The position numbers and the translations under genes are program-made. A DNA stretch of 64,000 nucleotides from Kudoa neothunni (lineage: Eukaryota; Animalia; Cnidaria). The notes under the pieces were generated by a model. It ran no database searches. It was given only the letters and a program-made list of their open reading frames with translations, and was not told the origin of the DNA. The stretch covers positions 4,981,489 through 5,045,488 of the forward strand of contig OZ199838.1 in assembly GCA_964304625.1 (NCBI GenBank). The letters are read 5' to 3'. Positions 13,606 through 26,900 of the stretch are shown here, in pieces (the stretch's first letter is position 1; each line of letters opens with the position of its first letter).

Positions 13606-14400
13606 CAGGGCGTCCAAACCTTGGGTTTTTTTTGTTTATATACAAAACTTTTAGATTATTGAATTCTTTGAAACCATTTTATAAATAATAAGTTTTAGAA
13701 TTAGGTAGAGTAATCGTATTTATTGTTTTAATAATGTAGAGAATTAAAATTATTCGGAATTTTAAAAAGATATCACGGTCGTCGGCAACGCGCAATTTTC
13801 CAACCCCTGGATAATTGTTATTTAATCAATTGTTTTTATTATTCTGTGATTTTATTTGGATATTTCAACACCGTCTTAACATTTCCTAGTTTTTTAATAA
13901 CATATTTTGAAGTTATTTACGTATATTATTTTATAGTATGTATGAAATATCAAACGGAGCTCCAAAAAGAGCGTGGGATAATATTACTCCAATCAAGATT
14001 GGTTAAAAGTAGGTTTTATATATTGGCTTGATCAAGATGCTAAGGACAGAAATTCCAGCTACTGCAACTGTTGAACGAATTTATTCATTAATGAACACAG
14101 AAAAAACAAAACAAACTAAATAATTAGGGCTGAAATTGTAAAATGTAAACTTATCGCAAAGCAGTTGATCAGAAGAAATAATAATACGTGTTTGACGTCG
14201 CATCCAACAAATAAACAAATACATGATATAAGCCAACGATACCTTGAGCGCTGGAAAAATAGATCAAGCTTCTTAATTGAGGGTTGTGAAGATAATGAAG
14301 GCAATTCAAGTGATGGCAGTAATTAGAAAACGCGTTTAAAATAAAAATTTTTGTTATTTTAATAATATTATTGTGTTTCTCTGCGACCTTGGGTTTTTTC
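13606..14400 (+). mobile_element. degenerate hAT fragments (TIR-like ends plus C-terminal dimerisation remnant)
   Basis: CAGGGCGTCCAAA at 13606 after ATCTAATC, TTTCCAACCCCTG at 13797-13809, and peptide IPATATVERIYSLMN at ~14052-14096. Confidence 0.4.
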
Positions 14401-14968
14401 AGATAGTCTCATTGGACTCTCTGATCTAATCGAACGTGAGTAAACATATCTCATATTTATTATATTATCCACATTCCTTCATAAATATTATCATATTATG
14501 ACTTAAAACGTTTATTCCTGAGTTCGAAAAAGGACAAGTGTGTATACATCAAAAAATTTCCCGTTGTTAAATTGTCGAATGATTTCGTGGGATTATTTTC
14601 TTACAATATTGGCAGAAATTAATATCTTAAATATTAATCCATAGTATAATCTGTATTTTTTGAGTAGTCCCCATGCAAAAGCCATATTCATCATCGTCAT
14701 AATGATGCTAAAATGCTGAAAATGTTTACTCAATAATCCGGCCATTCCTCGATCTAATTATCAATAACAAGCCATTGAATAATTAAAAATAAACATTGAT
14801 AGAAAAAAAACTAACACTAGGAAAATAAATTAATTTGTGTATTAGTTGAAGTATAAAAAGTTGTTTTCTGTCGAACGACCTGTATCGACGTAAGTAGTTG
14901 GTGAAATCGACGCCCGCATATCGAAATATTACGTCAAAGGTTGCGTTATACTTTGCAAAAATTAGCAA

Positions 14969-17900
14969 ATGGTCTTTGAAGGACTTGTCTCCTCTTTATT
15001 GAACAAATATCTGGGAGAATTTGTCGAAAATTTAGACTCCTCCCAACTAAGCATAAGTATCTTTAGCGGTCGTGTTGAGCTGAATAATCTACGACTCAAA
15101 GCATCAGCCCTAGTACATTAAAATCAGTAGTTTTTGCTATAATAATTAAAACCGTTTTGAAGGACAGTTATGGATTACCGTTTAAAGTAAAAAGTGGTTT
15201 GCTTGGAAAACTGTTTCTAAATATTCCATGGCAATCACTTTACACCAGTGCAACCGAAGTTATAGTTGAAAATTTGTTTATAAACGCATATCTCGACACA
15301 GGTATTGGGTTTTATCTTTTTGTCAGCAGATGTTGGTCGATGGAGTAATTATAATGTTTAATTTGTTAGATATAAGTGCTGACACCCATGAAATACTCAA
15401 ACAGAAGTTAAAAATGACCAACCTTGAAAACATGGAGTCAATGCTGTCACTCAAGTTGTTATCAAAAGCTTCAACCAAGGGTAGATTATAAATCCTTGGG
15501 AAATTTTTCGTTTTCCGCCCTCCATTCTCACATACACACATTTTTACTCAATATAACACTAATTATAGTTGATACAAATAAAGCATCGAATGAAAAATCT
15601 CAATCGTATGTCGAGAAAATCGGCGCACTTATTGTTCGAAATCTTTTAGTATGTTCCAAAATATGCGTTTCTAATATCCATTAATCATTCTTATGTTATA
15701 TAAAGGTCACCCTCAAAAATATAAATATCATCTTCGAACAGAATGTATATTTTGTTCTCTTGATTTAATGAAAATTTGATATTAGGAGAGCGATGAATTA
15801 TTTAAACCATTCTACTATGGAGTCCACTTGAAGTCATTAACAGCTCAGGTTTGTTAAATTTGTTATAACAACTATTTGTATTGTTATTCTAATTTGATCA
15901 TCGTTTTGTTTTATTGGGCTACAAATTAATTTTACACTCTACTTATAGACCACCGATCCATATTACAGACCCTGCTTTAGTAATGAAGTTACTCCCTTAA
16001 TCTATAAGGTAACATTGAATTAAATTCAATTATTTTTACTCTCTTTCACACAAAAAATTCTAGCTGATTAAACTCGATTCAACCAGTATGTATTGGTTGG
16101 CGGAAAAATGTGAATTTGATTATAGCAATATTAATGAAGTATTTTACGTGTATAACGGTAAAAAATCGTTTATTTTATCATAATTTAGTGTATTGGCAAG
16201 CTTTCAAAATTGGATTATAGTATTAATGATGTTGCGGAGTGAAATATTTTAAATTTTATATAGTACTGAAACTGGATGACATTTATTTGAAAGCTATCCT
16301 CAATACAGATCCCTCGTATAATTATCAAATACCTAGTGTATGATAATTTTAAATATGCTTATGTGTTGGATAATGGCGGAGTGATTTGTATTTGGTTATG
16401 TAGTTGGGTCTTATTTTGCACCTTCAAACTATATCTATGGCATTCAATGCGGAAATGTTCACTTCTACTATCAATATGATCAACCACTACACAAACACCA
16501 AATTAAAAATCCTTTATTCTCAATATAAACCTGTTCACATGGTGAAAAATAAAGCCAGAACTTAGTAGAGCTTGTTATATGTTGTCGAAAATAATTGATT
16601 GAATATAGTTGGGAATATGCAGTGAATGTTATATTGAATCAATATGTTCGACCTAAAACACGTACTTGGAATTGGGCATACATCAAAAGCTACAGACAGA
16701 AAGCCAAAGATTACCAAAATCTTTACCTCAAATTTCTTCGAAAAGACCCTGATTTTGCACCATCAATTCTCGAACCATATGAACAAGCGCTGAATTTGAT
16801 GACCCTTTTTCTTTGTAGGCATGTAGCCAGATTAACTGTAGGAAAATTTGTCATCTAGTTCAGCTTCTACCTAATTTAATGTCTAGCTAAAAAAAGATAT
16901 GAGCACTGCTTCGGAGGCTGCTAAGACCGAGAAACAACAAGCTGCTGCTTCCTCAACATCATGGTTTGGTCGTCTTTTCGGCCGAGCTCAACCTAAAGAC
17001 TCCCTAACCGTCTCCAACAATCTTGATAGCAGCATGGAAGCTTATCTAGGTATGGTTGGGAAAGTAGTTTGCATTAAACTAAATTTTTTTTGTAGGGTTG
17101 ACCGAAGAGCAACAACAGGAACAACTTGACAAGCTGCTCGACGTAGTTGGACATGAGGTTGTAGATGAGTCAAAACTACCCCCAGAGTTTGTTAAACTAT
17201 CTCTCTCTATTATATTGGATGAGTTTGAATGGATCATCAAGAAAAATAGAATGTATTTCACCGATTTGATCTGCCAAATTATGGATGCATAATTAATTTA
17301 AATTAGTGACACCTTGCTAGTTTTTAAAATCAAAACTCTCTCAACCAATTTCTCGGCATACGCTCATAAGTCCAAATCCATGAGGTAGGTTCACATTCAT
17401 ACTGTTAAATTTATTTGTGAAATTTTTAAATTCAGATTCTCTACAACTGTATTTGATATGAATATTTCAGCGGTACGAAAATGTGGGTTCGAATTTGATT
17501 TCTTTAAAATCATCGAACCAAATAAAGAACTCCTGTACGAGGATACCAGTAAAAGTCCCCTTATGAATATGATTTATTGTGCCTATCCCCCTAATCTGCC
17601 CGATATCGACCATAAATTCAATATGGTCACAAAGAAATCTCAAGTCAATATCGATTTAGTATGTTATTTGCATTTGTATCGTAAATTTTTGCGGTAATCG
17701 CGAGAAAATTATTTGGCACGGTAAATTTCTAATCTCGATAACACTTATTCCATAATCGTATAGTAGATTTAAATCTTTAGAATCTGCTATATTTAATAAT
17801 TTACGATCTATAAGTGCGAGTCAAAAAGTTAAAAATAATGAAATAGATTCAAAATTAGGGACACTTGAATATTATTTACCGTGCCAGCAGCCACTTTCAC

Positions 17901-20900
17901 TCTAATATCTTTAACGTTTAATCGCGGGATTTTTGTCGTATTATCCATATATCTTTTCAAATATCATTCTAATTGATTAATCTGAATAAATTAACAATAA
18001 AAAATAATACTCTCGATTTATTATTATTTATTTTTTTCTCGATTTAATTAATTTGCAATTAAATATTGATATAATCTTCATTTGAAAGCTTTTTCTGTTA
18101 ATAATAATTGGCTAATTCATTTTATTAAATAATGGAAAGATTAAAAAGGTCAAAGTTTAAATATAGTTTAAAATATGGGATTTATCATTTCTCTTTTCTT
18201 CAACAATATTAGTAAACTTAAGTTATTAATTATTATTATTATTAATGTTATGTCTTTTGCAAGCTAAATTTTAATGTCGTTTATGCTTCTCCTTTCTGTT
18301 TTAATCGCAACAACCCCTTCTAATTCTATGTGAATACAGCTGATTTTTTAATACATTACAGTTAATGATTTTTTCACTCGCCGTGCTTTTATAGACCACA
18401 AATAGAAAATTATAATTAAAAGGTGACAAAAGAATTGAATTTTAAGTCTAAGTAAATTTTTTTTTCGATTTAACAATGAATTCTAGGTCTTTTAGTTAAT
18501 AATTAATTTATTTATTTTAATTAATGCTATAAATCACTTACTATTTTATTCTTATTTGTATTGTTTGAGCCTAACAAAAATTCCAAATGATGCAATTGAA
18601 TAATGATTCAATTTTTTGAATATTTTCTAATAGGAATTTTATTGGTTAATTATTTAATTAGAATTTACTAGATAATTGGTTTCTTCATTTGTTTAATTCG
18701 AAAAATGCGAGTTGCATAATTATAGAATAACTTTACGGCCAAATTACTAATGAATAGCCTGTTTATTATTCATACAATAAGATCGCGCGAGTTATTCTTT
18801 AGTATCAAGCAATGTTACAGTTGATTAATATTGACTGATTTAATTACTGTGCTCATTAATTAAAAAAATTCAAATGAATTAGCATTTGAATTGGGTTATC
18901 GGATAAGTAATCTGCTCGTGTTACAATGTGGCCAATTCAGGTTATTCTACCGTATCATGTAATTTTTCAGTTGAGTAACTATGAGATAAGTGCATTGTTT
19001 TCTTTTAATTACTGTTATTCGTAGAGGTTACGCTTTCAGTTAAAATTTTATTTGATAATTGTTTAATGTTTTTGCGAAACTTTTGAGCTTTTCATGTTAG
19101 AGTCAATTATTTACTCCAAATAATTATCATTCCTTATTTCATGGAACCACGTTGAATAATCCATGTTTCTATATTCTTTTATGTACATATTAATTTTTAT
19201 AAACCACAATTTTATATTATTGTTTCTCTTTGAATTTTATCTATGTGTTTAAATGTTGTTTGAATTAAGTCGGTATTGTATTTTTGTCTGGGTAATGAAA
19301 TCAATATTTATTCATTGTTTCTAATCTGCCCATTGTAGGCTGATAATAACGTAGTATTTTATTTAAAAAAATTTTATGGTTCAATTTTTAGTGAATAATT
19401 AGTCTGTAATCTTTAATTTACTTTTTTCGGATGAAAATCACTCAACAACATTATCTTAATACTTATTTTTGTATTCTCCTAACGGCGATAAGATTAAGCA
19501 GAGAGGTTTGTAGGTATTTTGATTGAGAGCGGTTGAGCATTTTTTCTCTATTTCGTATTGTAGGTAACTTTAAGCTTGATTTACTTGATGGCGAGCTTGT
19601 TTTAATATCATGATTCATCCAATTTGCTCCACATACAGTTGGAATTATGAATTAAAGTGTACAAATAAAATCTTTGCATTTTTATTCTCACAGATTTCGC
19701 CATGATTTAACTATTTCATTTATTACTATAATTTAAATAACGTGAACATTTGTTAGATTTTTCTAAATGAATGTGTGGATATAATCAACTCGCTGCCTAC
19801 CATTGACCAATGGGAGGTGTTCAACGTAGGGGCTAGTAGCAGCCATTCGCTACCTGAAGGCCATTCTCCTCAAGGTAAATCTATCGCATATGAATTTTTT
19901 GCAAATTTCATAATATATAACCAATAGATAACAGCCCATATTCGTTGGTTAAAAATGGCGCCGAAAAATATGATATTTCTGTTGACGCGTGTGTGTCGGC
20001 AGTACATATTTGTGACGATTTTGTGGTGGAGGGGAACGACGTTGTTGTGTTGAATTTGGGATATGTTTGTTTGTTGACCAAACCATCAGAAGCAATATCC
20101 AAATGCAAACAATTTATTGATAACGACAATTTGATGAACCAACGAAAACTAATGCAACAATTTGACTTCAGTTTGACTAACGTGAGCATAAGATTGATCA
20201 ACAACTCATCGAATAGCAGTCAAGAGAAAAACTTGACCAATAATAACGATTTTGAGGATAGGTCAAATGTTCGTCAAAACCATCGAGATCATTCCTCCAA
20301 TTATATTCTAGCGCCATTTACTATTGATTCAGAGATAAGCACGGCGTTGGACAATAACACAGCTGATCAAGTCTCACAATTAATGGTGCTTTCTCTAGTG
20401 AATAAAACGCGTGTTATGCTATCGACACCTAAAATTTTGGCTATCTACAAGTTGGTGGATAGCGTAATGTTGATTCTGCCAAAAATAAAAAGTAGTTCTT
20501 CGGCCGAAAACCTTGATGACAAGCTTGATGTTTTTGAGACAGCCGATGACGATGTAACTGCCTACAATACGTCAAATCTGGACGATTTTTTAAGCATTCA
20601 AACTCATTACTCTACGGCGGCAGCTTCGTCTACCAACAGTGCCACTAATTCTCGCAAAATTACCACCTCCAGATCTGAAATTTCTCTCGATTCCAAAAAA
20701 TCACTTACCAGCAACAGGCGATCAATCGAAATGCATATTGTAGCTCCGGATCTAAACGTCACATTCATTTACGATGACTATCAACACCTACCCAACGATA
20801 TCACTTTCACATTCAGTGACAATAAAATTGAGTTTATTGGACAAACTCTTGATTACTCGTTAAATTTGAGCACCTATAAGGCAATTATTGAACATAACAG

Positions 20901-23900
20901 TCACAACAAGAGTAGCATTATTTTTAATGTTGATGATGGATTATTGTTGAACTATTGTTTTTGCTTGTTACCATGGATCGTGAAACAAGCATACAATAAT
21001 GGCGATATCACCCAAAAACAACTAAAAAAAGCTCAGTCAGTATACGAAGAATTTTACGAATCTATAGAACACAATGTGAGCATACGATGGGGCACATTGA
21101 ATTTTGTGTGTTGCTATGAGGTGATTCAGTCGGTTCGAAGTGGGTTTAAATTGTTGGCTAAATCTCTAAAACGGAGGTCACTCGATGACGGCAGCAATAA
21201 TGCCACCTCATCTACTGCAGCACCCGAATACACACTTCCGGATTTGTCAAGTGTGGTAGCCGCTCAAGTGTCCGAATTGGTAGCGAACGATGTCACCAAA
21301 AATTTTGATTTTTCTAAAAAAATGGCCATATTGAATATCTACGTTGAGAGTGTGTCACTCGTTCTGAGTTATGCACATCATGACATTTCACACATCATCT
21401 TCAAGCAATGGTTCTGTGATGCTTGTCTCTTTGCCAACAATGACGTACGAGTCAGCTGCATTTTAGACGATCTCTCTGTGTGGGATCTCAGCTATGATCA
21501 CACCAAGTTCAAACAAATTGTCAGCGTTGAAGGTGGTAAATTGTTCAATTTGAAGTTCTTCTTGGATAATGAAAAGTTCCAAAACAGTATTCCTCCAGCC
21601 GCCATTGTGGACCTTAAAGTTGCCCAATTAACAATGATTTTCATCTACAGATTCATTAACAATATAGTTGAATGGTCAAATTGTTTAGTACAGAAAAATA
21701 ATCTGATCAGCGCTACCGAACAAGCTATTTCCGATTTTACCAATATCGCCAAAAAACAAGTTACCGTAAAACATACCTTTGTTCAACTGAATGTGGATAT
21801 TGGTGCACCGATTTTTGTGATACCCTTCAAATCAAATAAACCTGGTGTTGTTATTGCCGATTTTGGGCATGTGTATATTCACAATACTTTTGTCAATGAT
21901 ACCACTAATGTGAATGTTGTCTCCTACGACAAATACACCATCGTTCTCGAACAAATAAATATCAGTCGAGCCATTTATGATCAACTCACCTCCACCAAAC
22001 AAAATATCCTGGACCCTCTGGATATTTCGTTGACGTTGATTCGACATTTGAATGACCAGTCACTAAGGATTTCCATCAATATAGTGAATGAGCTAATCAA
22101 TTTCGCATTGTCTCCTCAAGATTTTCTTGCATTGGTGCGTTTGTTCGTCGAAAATTTTAGCGAGCCTTCTTTTCTATCCTCCACCACGGTTCCATCCATT
22201 GGATCGGCTGTAGTAGGTGCTACAAGCTCACCCAGGGAATCTACCGATCAAAATGACAACAGTTTTTTGCTTGAGGATAATCCTTACCTACCTCACCAAC
22301 ATCTAAGCTCATCAAGATCTACAAATAAAGCATCAACCAGATCCAAAAACGATTCAATCTTAGTGTCTGCGGATATTATTTTCAACAAAGTTAATGTTTC
22401 TCTGTTCAAAATTGGATCAGATGATGACACATCCAACTATTCGGAGCGTGTGGTGAAACGAAGCTCCGAATCTATTTTTGCTAAATTGAATGCTATTGAT
22501 TTCAAGTTTAATTTGGATTATAACAATGATGGTCATATGATGGTGGTTGTTGAACTTCCTCAGTTTACGGTTTTCGATATGAGGCCATCTACTCCGCAGG
22601 TTCGTCAGCGTGTCATCTTCTCAAATAGTCATGATGTTAGTGATGCTGCCGCCACCGCTGTTCAAAGCCAAGTGTTTGTTAAATATTATCAGCAACCATC
22701 TGGCACTTGCTCTGTTGATCTTAAAGTTAATGATATCACTTTGTTTTTAAATGCCAGCTATCTAAAGTCCCTTTACGATTCATACATCACACCATTGTTG
22801 GGTGCGTCTGACCATGATAACAAAACAAATAATAACGCCAATGCTGATGGCGCGATTGATGGCAATGATGCATCAACCAATGCACTACCAGTCGGTATGG
22901 ATATTGTTACTGAAGTTGTTGATGATGTTGAACATGCTTCTGATTTTGATACCGACGAAGCTGAAACGCTAGATATTGCTGATCCAGTCACCACATCGAC
23001 TGCCAAAAACAATTTAATCTCACCTAAAATTTCCTGTTCGATTGATGTGAAATCTTCCCGTGTCATTATATGTGCTACCGATACCACCGAGCATGCATTG
23101 TTTGCTCAAATGATCGGCAATTTTAACTACGAGTGGGTTAACACCAAAACCTCGATGCAAATCAAAGTTTCTACTCTTTCGCTGGATTGCGCGAAATTTT
23201 CTGGCTGTTGGCGATCCGACACCAACTACTGCCAAGCCGTACGACTAAAAAAATGCTTTTTTAGCGTGGATTATGACAAAGAGTTGATTACAAATGCGGT
23301 TATTGACATTCAATCGCTATTGGCCAATTTGGCGCCACCAACGCTTATGGCTATTCTCTCTATCAAAGACACGCTCATGCCTCGATCTATCGGATTGGAC
23401 GAGGATAAAACGTTCGCTTCTTCATCTACCACCGTTGACGTTGAACCACATAGTTCATCCACCCTCAAAGAAGGTCGACCAGTCACACGTTCCAGTTATT
23501 CGATAGAAAATCTGGATTTCGTACAGCTGTGGTCTCCACAACCTATCAAATCCGATTGCTGCTGGTATTTGCGTGATATACCCTTCGATGAGCTGGTTGT
23601 TGGAACTACAGCATGGGTACGGTTGGCTGATTCCACATATAGTGAGCTTATTCTCACCAAAATTACGCTGAACATACTACATTTCCAGTCGTTGGATACA
23701 CTTACATCTATGACCCACCCTAAAGAAGATGCATTGGCTGTAATACCCAGTCCTTTGCTCCAAAAGCCAACACTCTCACATGCAGATATTCCTATTGGAA
23801 GTTTGGTGTTGGTCGAATTGAAAAAATCAGTCAAAAACAACGAACAGCTCTTTTCCAGAGCTCTCGGTGAAATTACTAACGTTCAATTATTAAACAACAA

Positions 23901-26900
23901 AATTCTTAAAATACAAGTGTTTGTATACGTCCGAGATTCTCGTATATGGTTTTCACAAGATCAAATATATTTGATTCCAAAAAAATTTATCCGACCCTAT
24001 CCTGGCATCTATACCCCCTTGTATGTTCGATGTGCTGATGGAAGGTACAGAATGGGATCAATTAGATCCATCTTTAAACAAAATATATCCTTTGCTATCT
24101 GCAGTGACATCCATAGAAAGTCATTTGCATATATCACGGACACCGCTGCTTGGGCATATCCTTGGAAGAAGGTTAAGTGTATTGTTGGTTCGACCAATGC
24201 ATCCAAACGCGATCTGTCCATTCAGTCGTTGATCAATAATGTGATTTTGGTTTTGATTTCCCTTGAAGGAGACTTTTCGGTGTACGAACCTATTTATGTG
24301 GTATCGGTGGCCAACTTTCCTATGGCTAAGGTGCGCCGTATATTGACTGGCCAAATAGAAACGATCGATATTTCTGAGTGTGTTCTGGTGGACAAACAAC
24401 ATGGAACGAAATTTGGCTTGGGAAGTAGATGGTTGATTCATTCGGAGGAAGATCATCTCGAGGAGTACATACTTAACAAAAAAATCAAACAAACACTCAC
24501 ATTTACCCGAGCCAATGCTGCTGAAATTAAACTGTTCAATATTTTCATGAAAAATTTATTTTTGATTGATTCCGAAGTAACTGAAGACTCCATCGATTAC
24601 AACAACGATGTGTATGTGGTTGAAAATCCTGAGGTTGGTATGTATACGCGTGGAAAAATTGTCAAAAAGAGTTATTGGTTAAATTTCCCAGAGTATAAAA
24701 TTAAACTTTTTGATGGTCGGTACTTGGTACGTTGTCCACTTCGTAATATACGCCAACGTTCGACTCAACGTCTGACCAGTTCCAGATCGATGCGAAGTCA
24801 CTCCGTTCGACCCCACTCGATGTCTACTGCTTCTGACGATAAGTACGGTGACAAAATTCCAAAATTATCAATAAAAATATCCACAATGAACTTTGTGATT
24901 GAAGGTATGATCAATAAGAAGATTGTTCCATTGCTGCATTTGGGCTCTTCGGTGCATGGATCAGCCTACAATATTAACAGCAAAAATTACAACGCACAGC
25001 TGAGATTTTCCGCAGTGGCATCCTACTTCAACAGCAAGTGCGGTGAATGGGAACCTCTTATCGAACGTCTTGAACGTGATGGTACGCTCTATCCATGGAC
25101 ATGCCTAATCGAATATAACACCACTGGTGAATTACATAATGATGATTATGATAACTATTACAATTCATCACGCGCCGACGTGCTTACAGCTGCTGGTGAT
25201 AATGATTCAAAGATACATAGTAAAGATGTTACTCCATCTTTTAGTGATCACTCTTTGAAACCTCCGTTGCTACATGACGAAAACTCCTCATTACTATCAA
25301 AAAATTACAATCCACCCCCCTCATCCAATGATAGTGAAAATTGTGAACGATATTTCATATTGAAATCGTCACAGAGACTTGAATTCACTATCACCAATAA
25401 AACCATTGAAACTCTTCAACTTGCTAATTACGTGTTTTACGGCGAAAATGTTCTTATGGATGAGTATAGTTTTCTGAGAAACAATTTTGTGATAATCAAC
25501 AGTTTGGGAGTTGCTGTGAAGGTGGTTCCTAATGGGTTCTTCACAGCTGTCGGCCAACAACACATTGTTCAAGATACACTGGAGTTGTATCCTGTTCATC
25601 CGTATATGTTTGATCAAAAATTGAGCAATTACGTAGTTCCCCAACTTAGCATTTATGTTCCTGGGTTTAAACCGCTGGAATCTGTCTCCATTGTTAGCAA
25701 CAACTCTTTTCAATTAATGTTGTATCCGATAGCTGATCACCAACAACCCGATTCACAGTCCAACAACAATAGAATATTTCCATCTATTGTGCTGGATATT
25801 AAATCGGAAAAGGGAAGCAAAATTATTCGATTAAAATCCATTCTTAGAATACACAACATGCTTAACCATTCGTTACAATTTCGCTTATATGAGGATAAAG
25901 AAAAATTTTTAGATGAACGTTCAGCCAAAACAGACACGTCCCATGATGAATTACGTTTGAAGAGTAACAGTTCGGATTGTTGTGCATTCACCCAACTTAA
26001 CACAAACTCATATATCACTTTATTACCCGCTTTCTCAACGAGCAAAATTCGTATTTCATTTCAAAAGTTGGCCGATCATTACAAACAAATGATTTCCTGT
26101 TTGGCGATGACCTTTGAGAAAGGGAATAACTTTTACATTATGCTCAAGTTGGAAGAGGACAGCGAACCAAGAACTGCTCGAAGTGTTACTCGCATAAATA
26201 AGACTCCTATTAGACCACTTTTATTGCGTATACTGCCGCCGATAATGGTTTACAATCACATCCCATTCATGGTCATTCTAAGTTTTGTACCTGATTTCTC
26301 ATTCCCTATCACGGTGAGTGATGTCGCTTCCGTCTACAATCTTGATCTTAATCAAAATAATCAAACACTATACATAAAAGTTTGTGGTTATTTGTCTTCT
26401 AATTGGAATGGTAAAATTGTTCTCAACAACTCAAATCGTAACAAATGCTCAAATGTTGTGTTTGAGATGGAATCCAACAATAAACCCGCCACCCCATCTC
26501 CAGGTCCTTTCAAATTCTACAAGACAACTGAACAACTCAAACTCAATCTTAAATTTGATATTAAATTTCCTAGCAATATTGTAATTAATATCTACTCACC
26601 TGTCTATGTGATTAACAATTGCTCCGTGCCGATTAAATTGAGGATATCAAGATTGGCCGAAAGTTGGATTTTTGAGATACCCGCAAACAATTTGTTCCTC
26701 ATCAAATATGAAAGTAAAGATTATAAAGCATCTATTAAATTTGGTGATTCGCAATGGTCGAAAGAATTCTCACTAAATGCCGTAGGAAATAGAGCCACTT
26801 TAACCTGTGTAAATAAAGCAAACACTTGTGAATATAAAGTTTCAATGAAAATAACCACTTCAGATTACTTCGCCACAAAGTGCATCAAGCTGAAACCATT

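Noticed and set aside
17659-19756. nested gene or identifiable element in the long VPS13 intron
   Set aside because: Very AT-rich, with no ORF, TIR pair or RNA motif that I could support.
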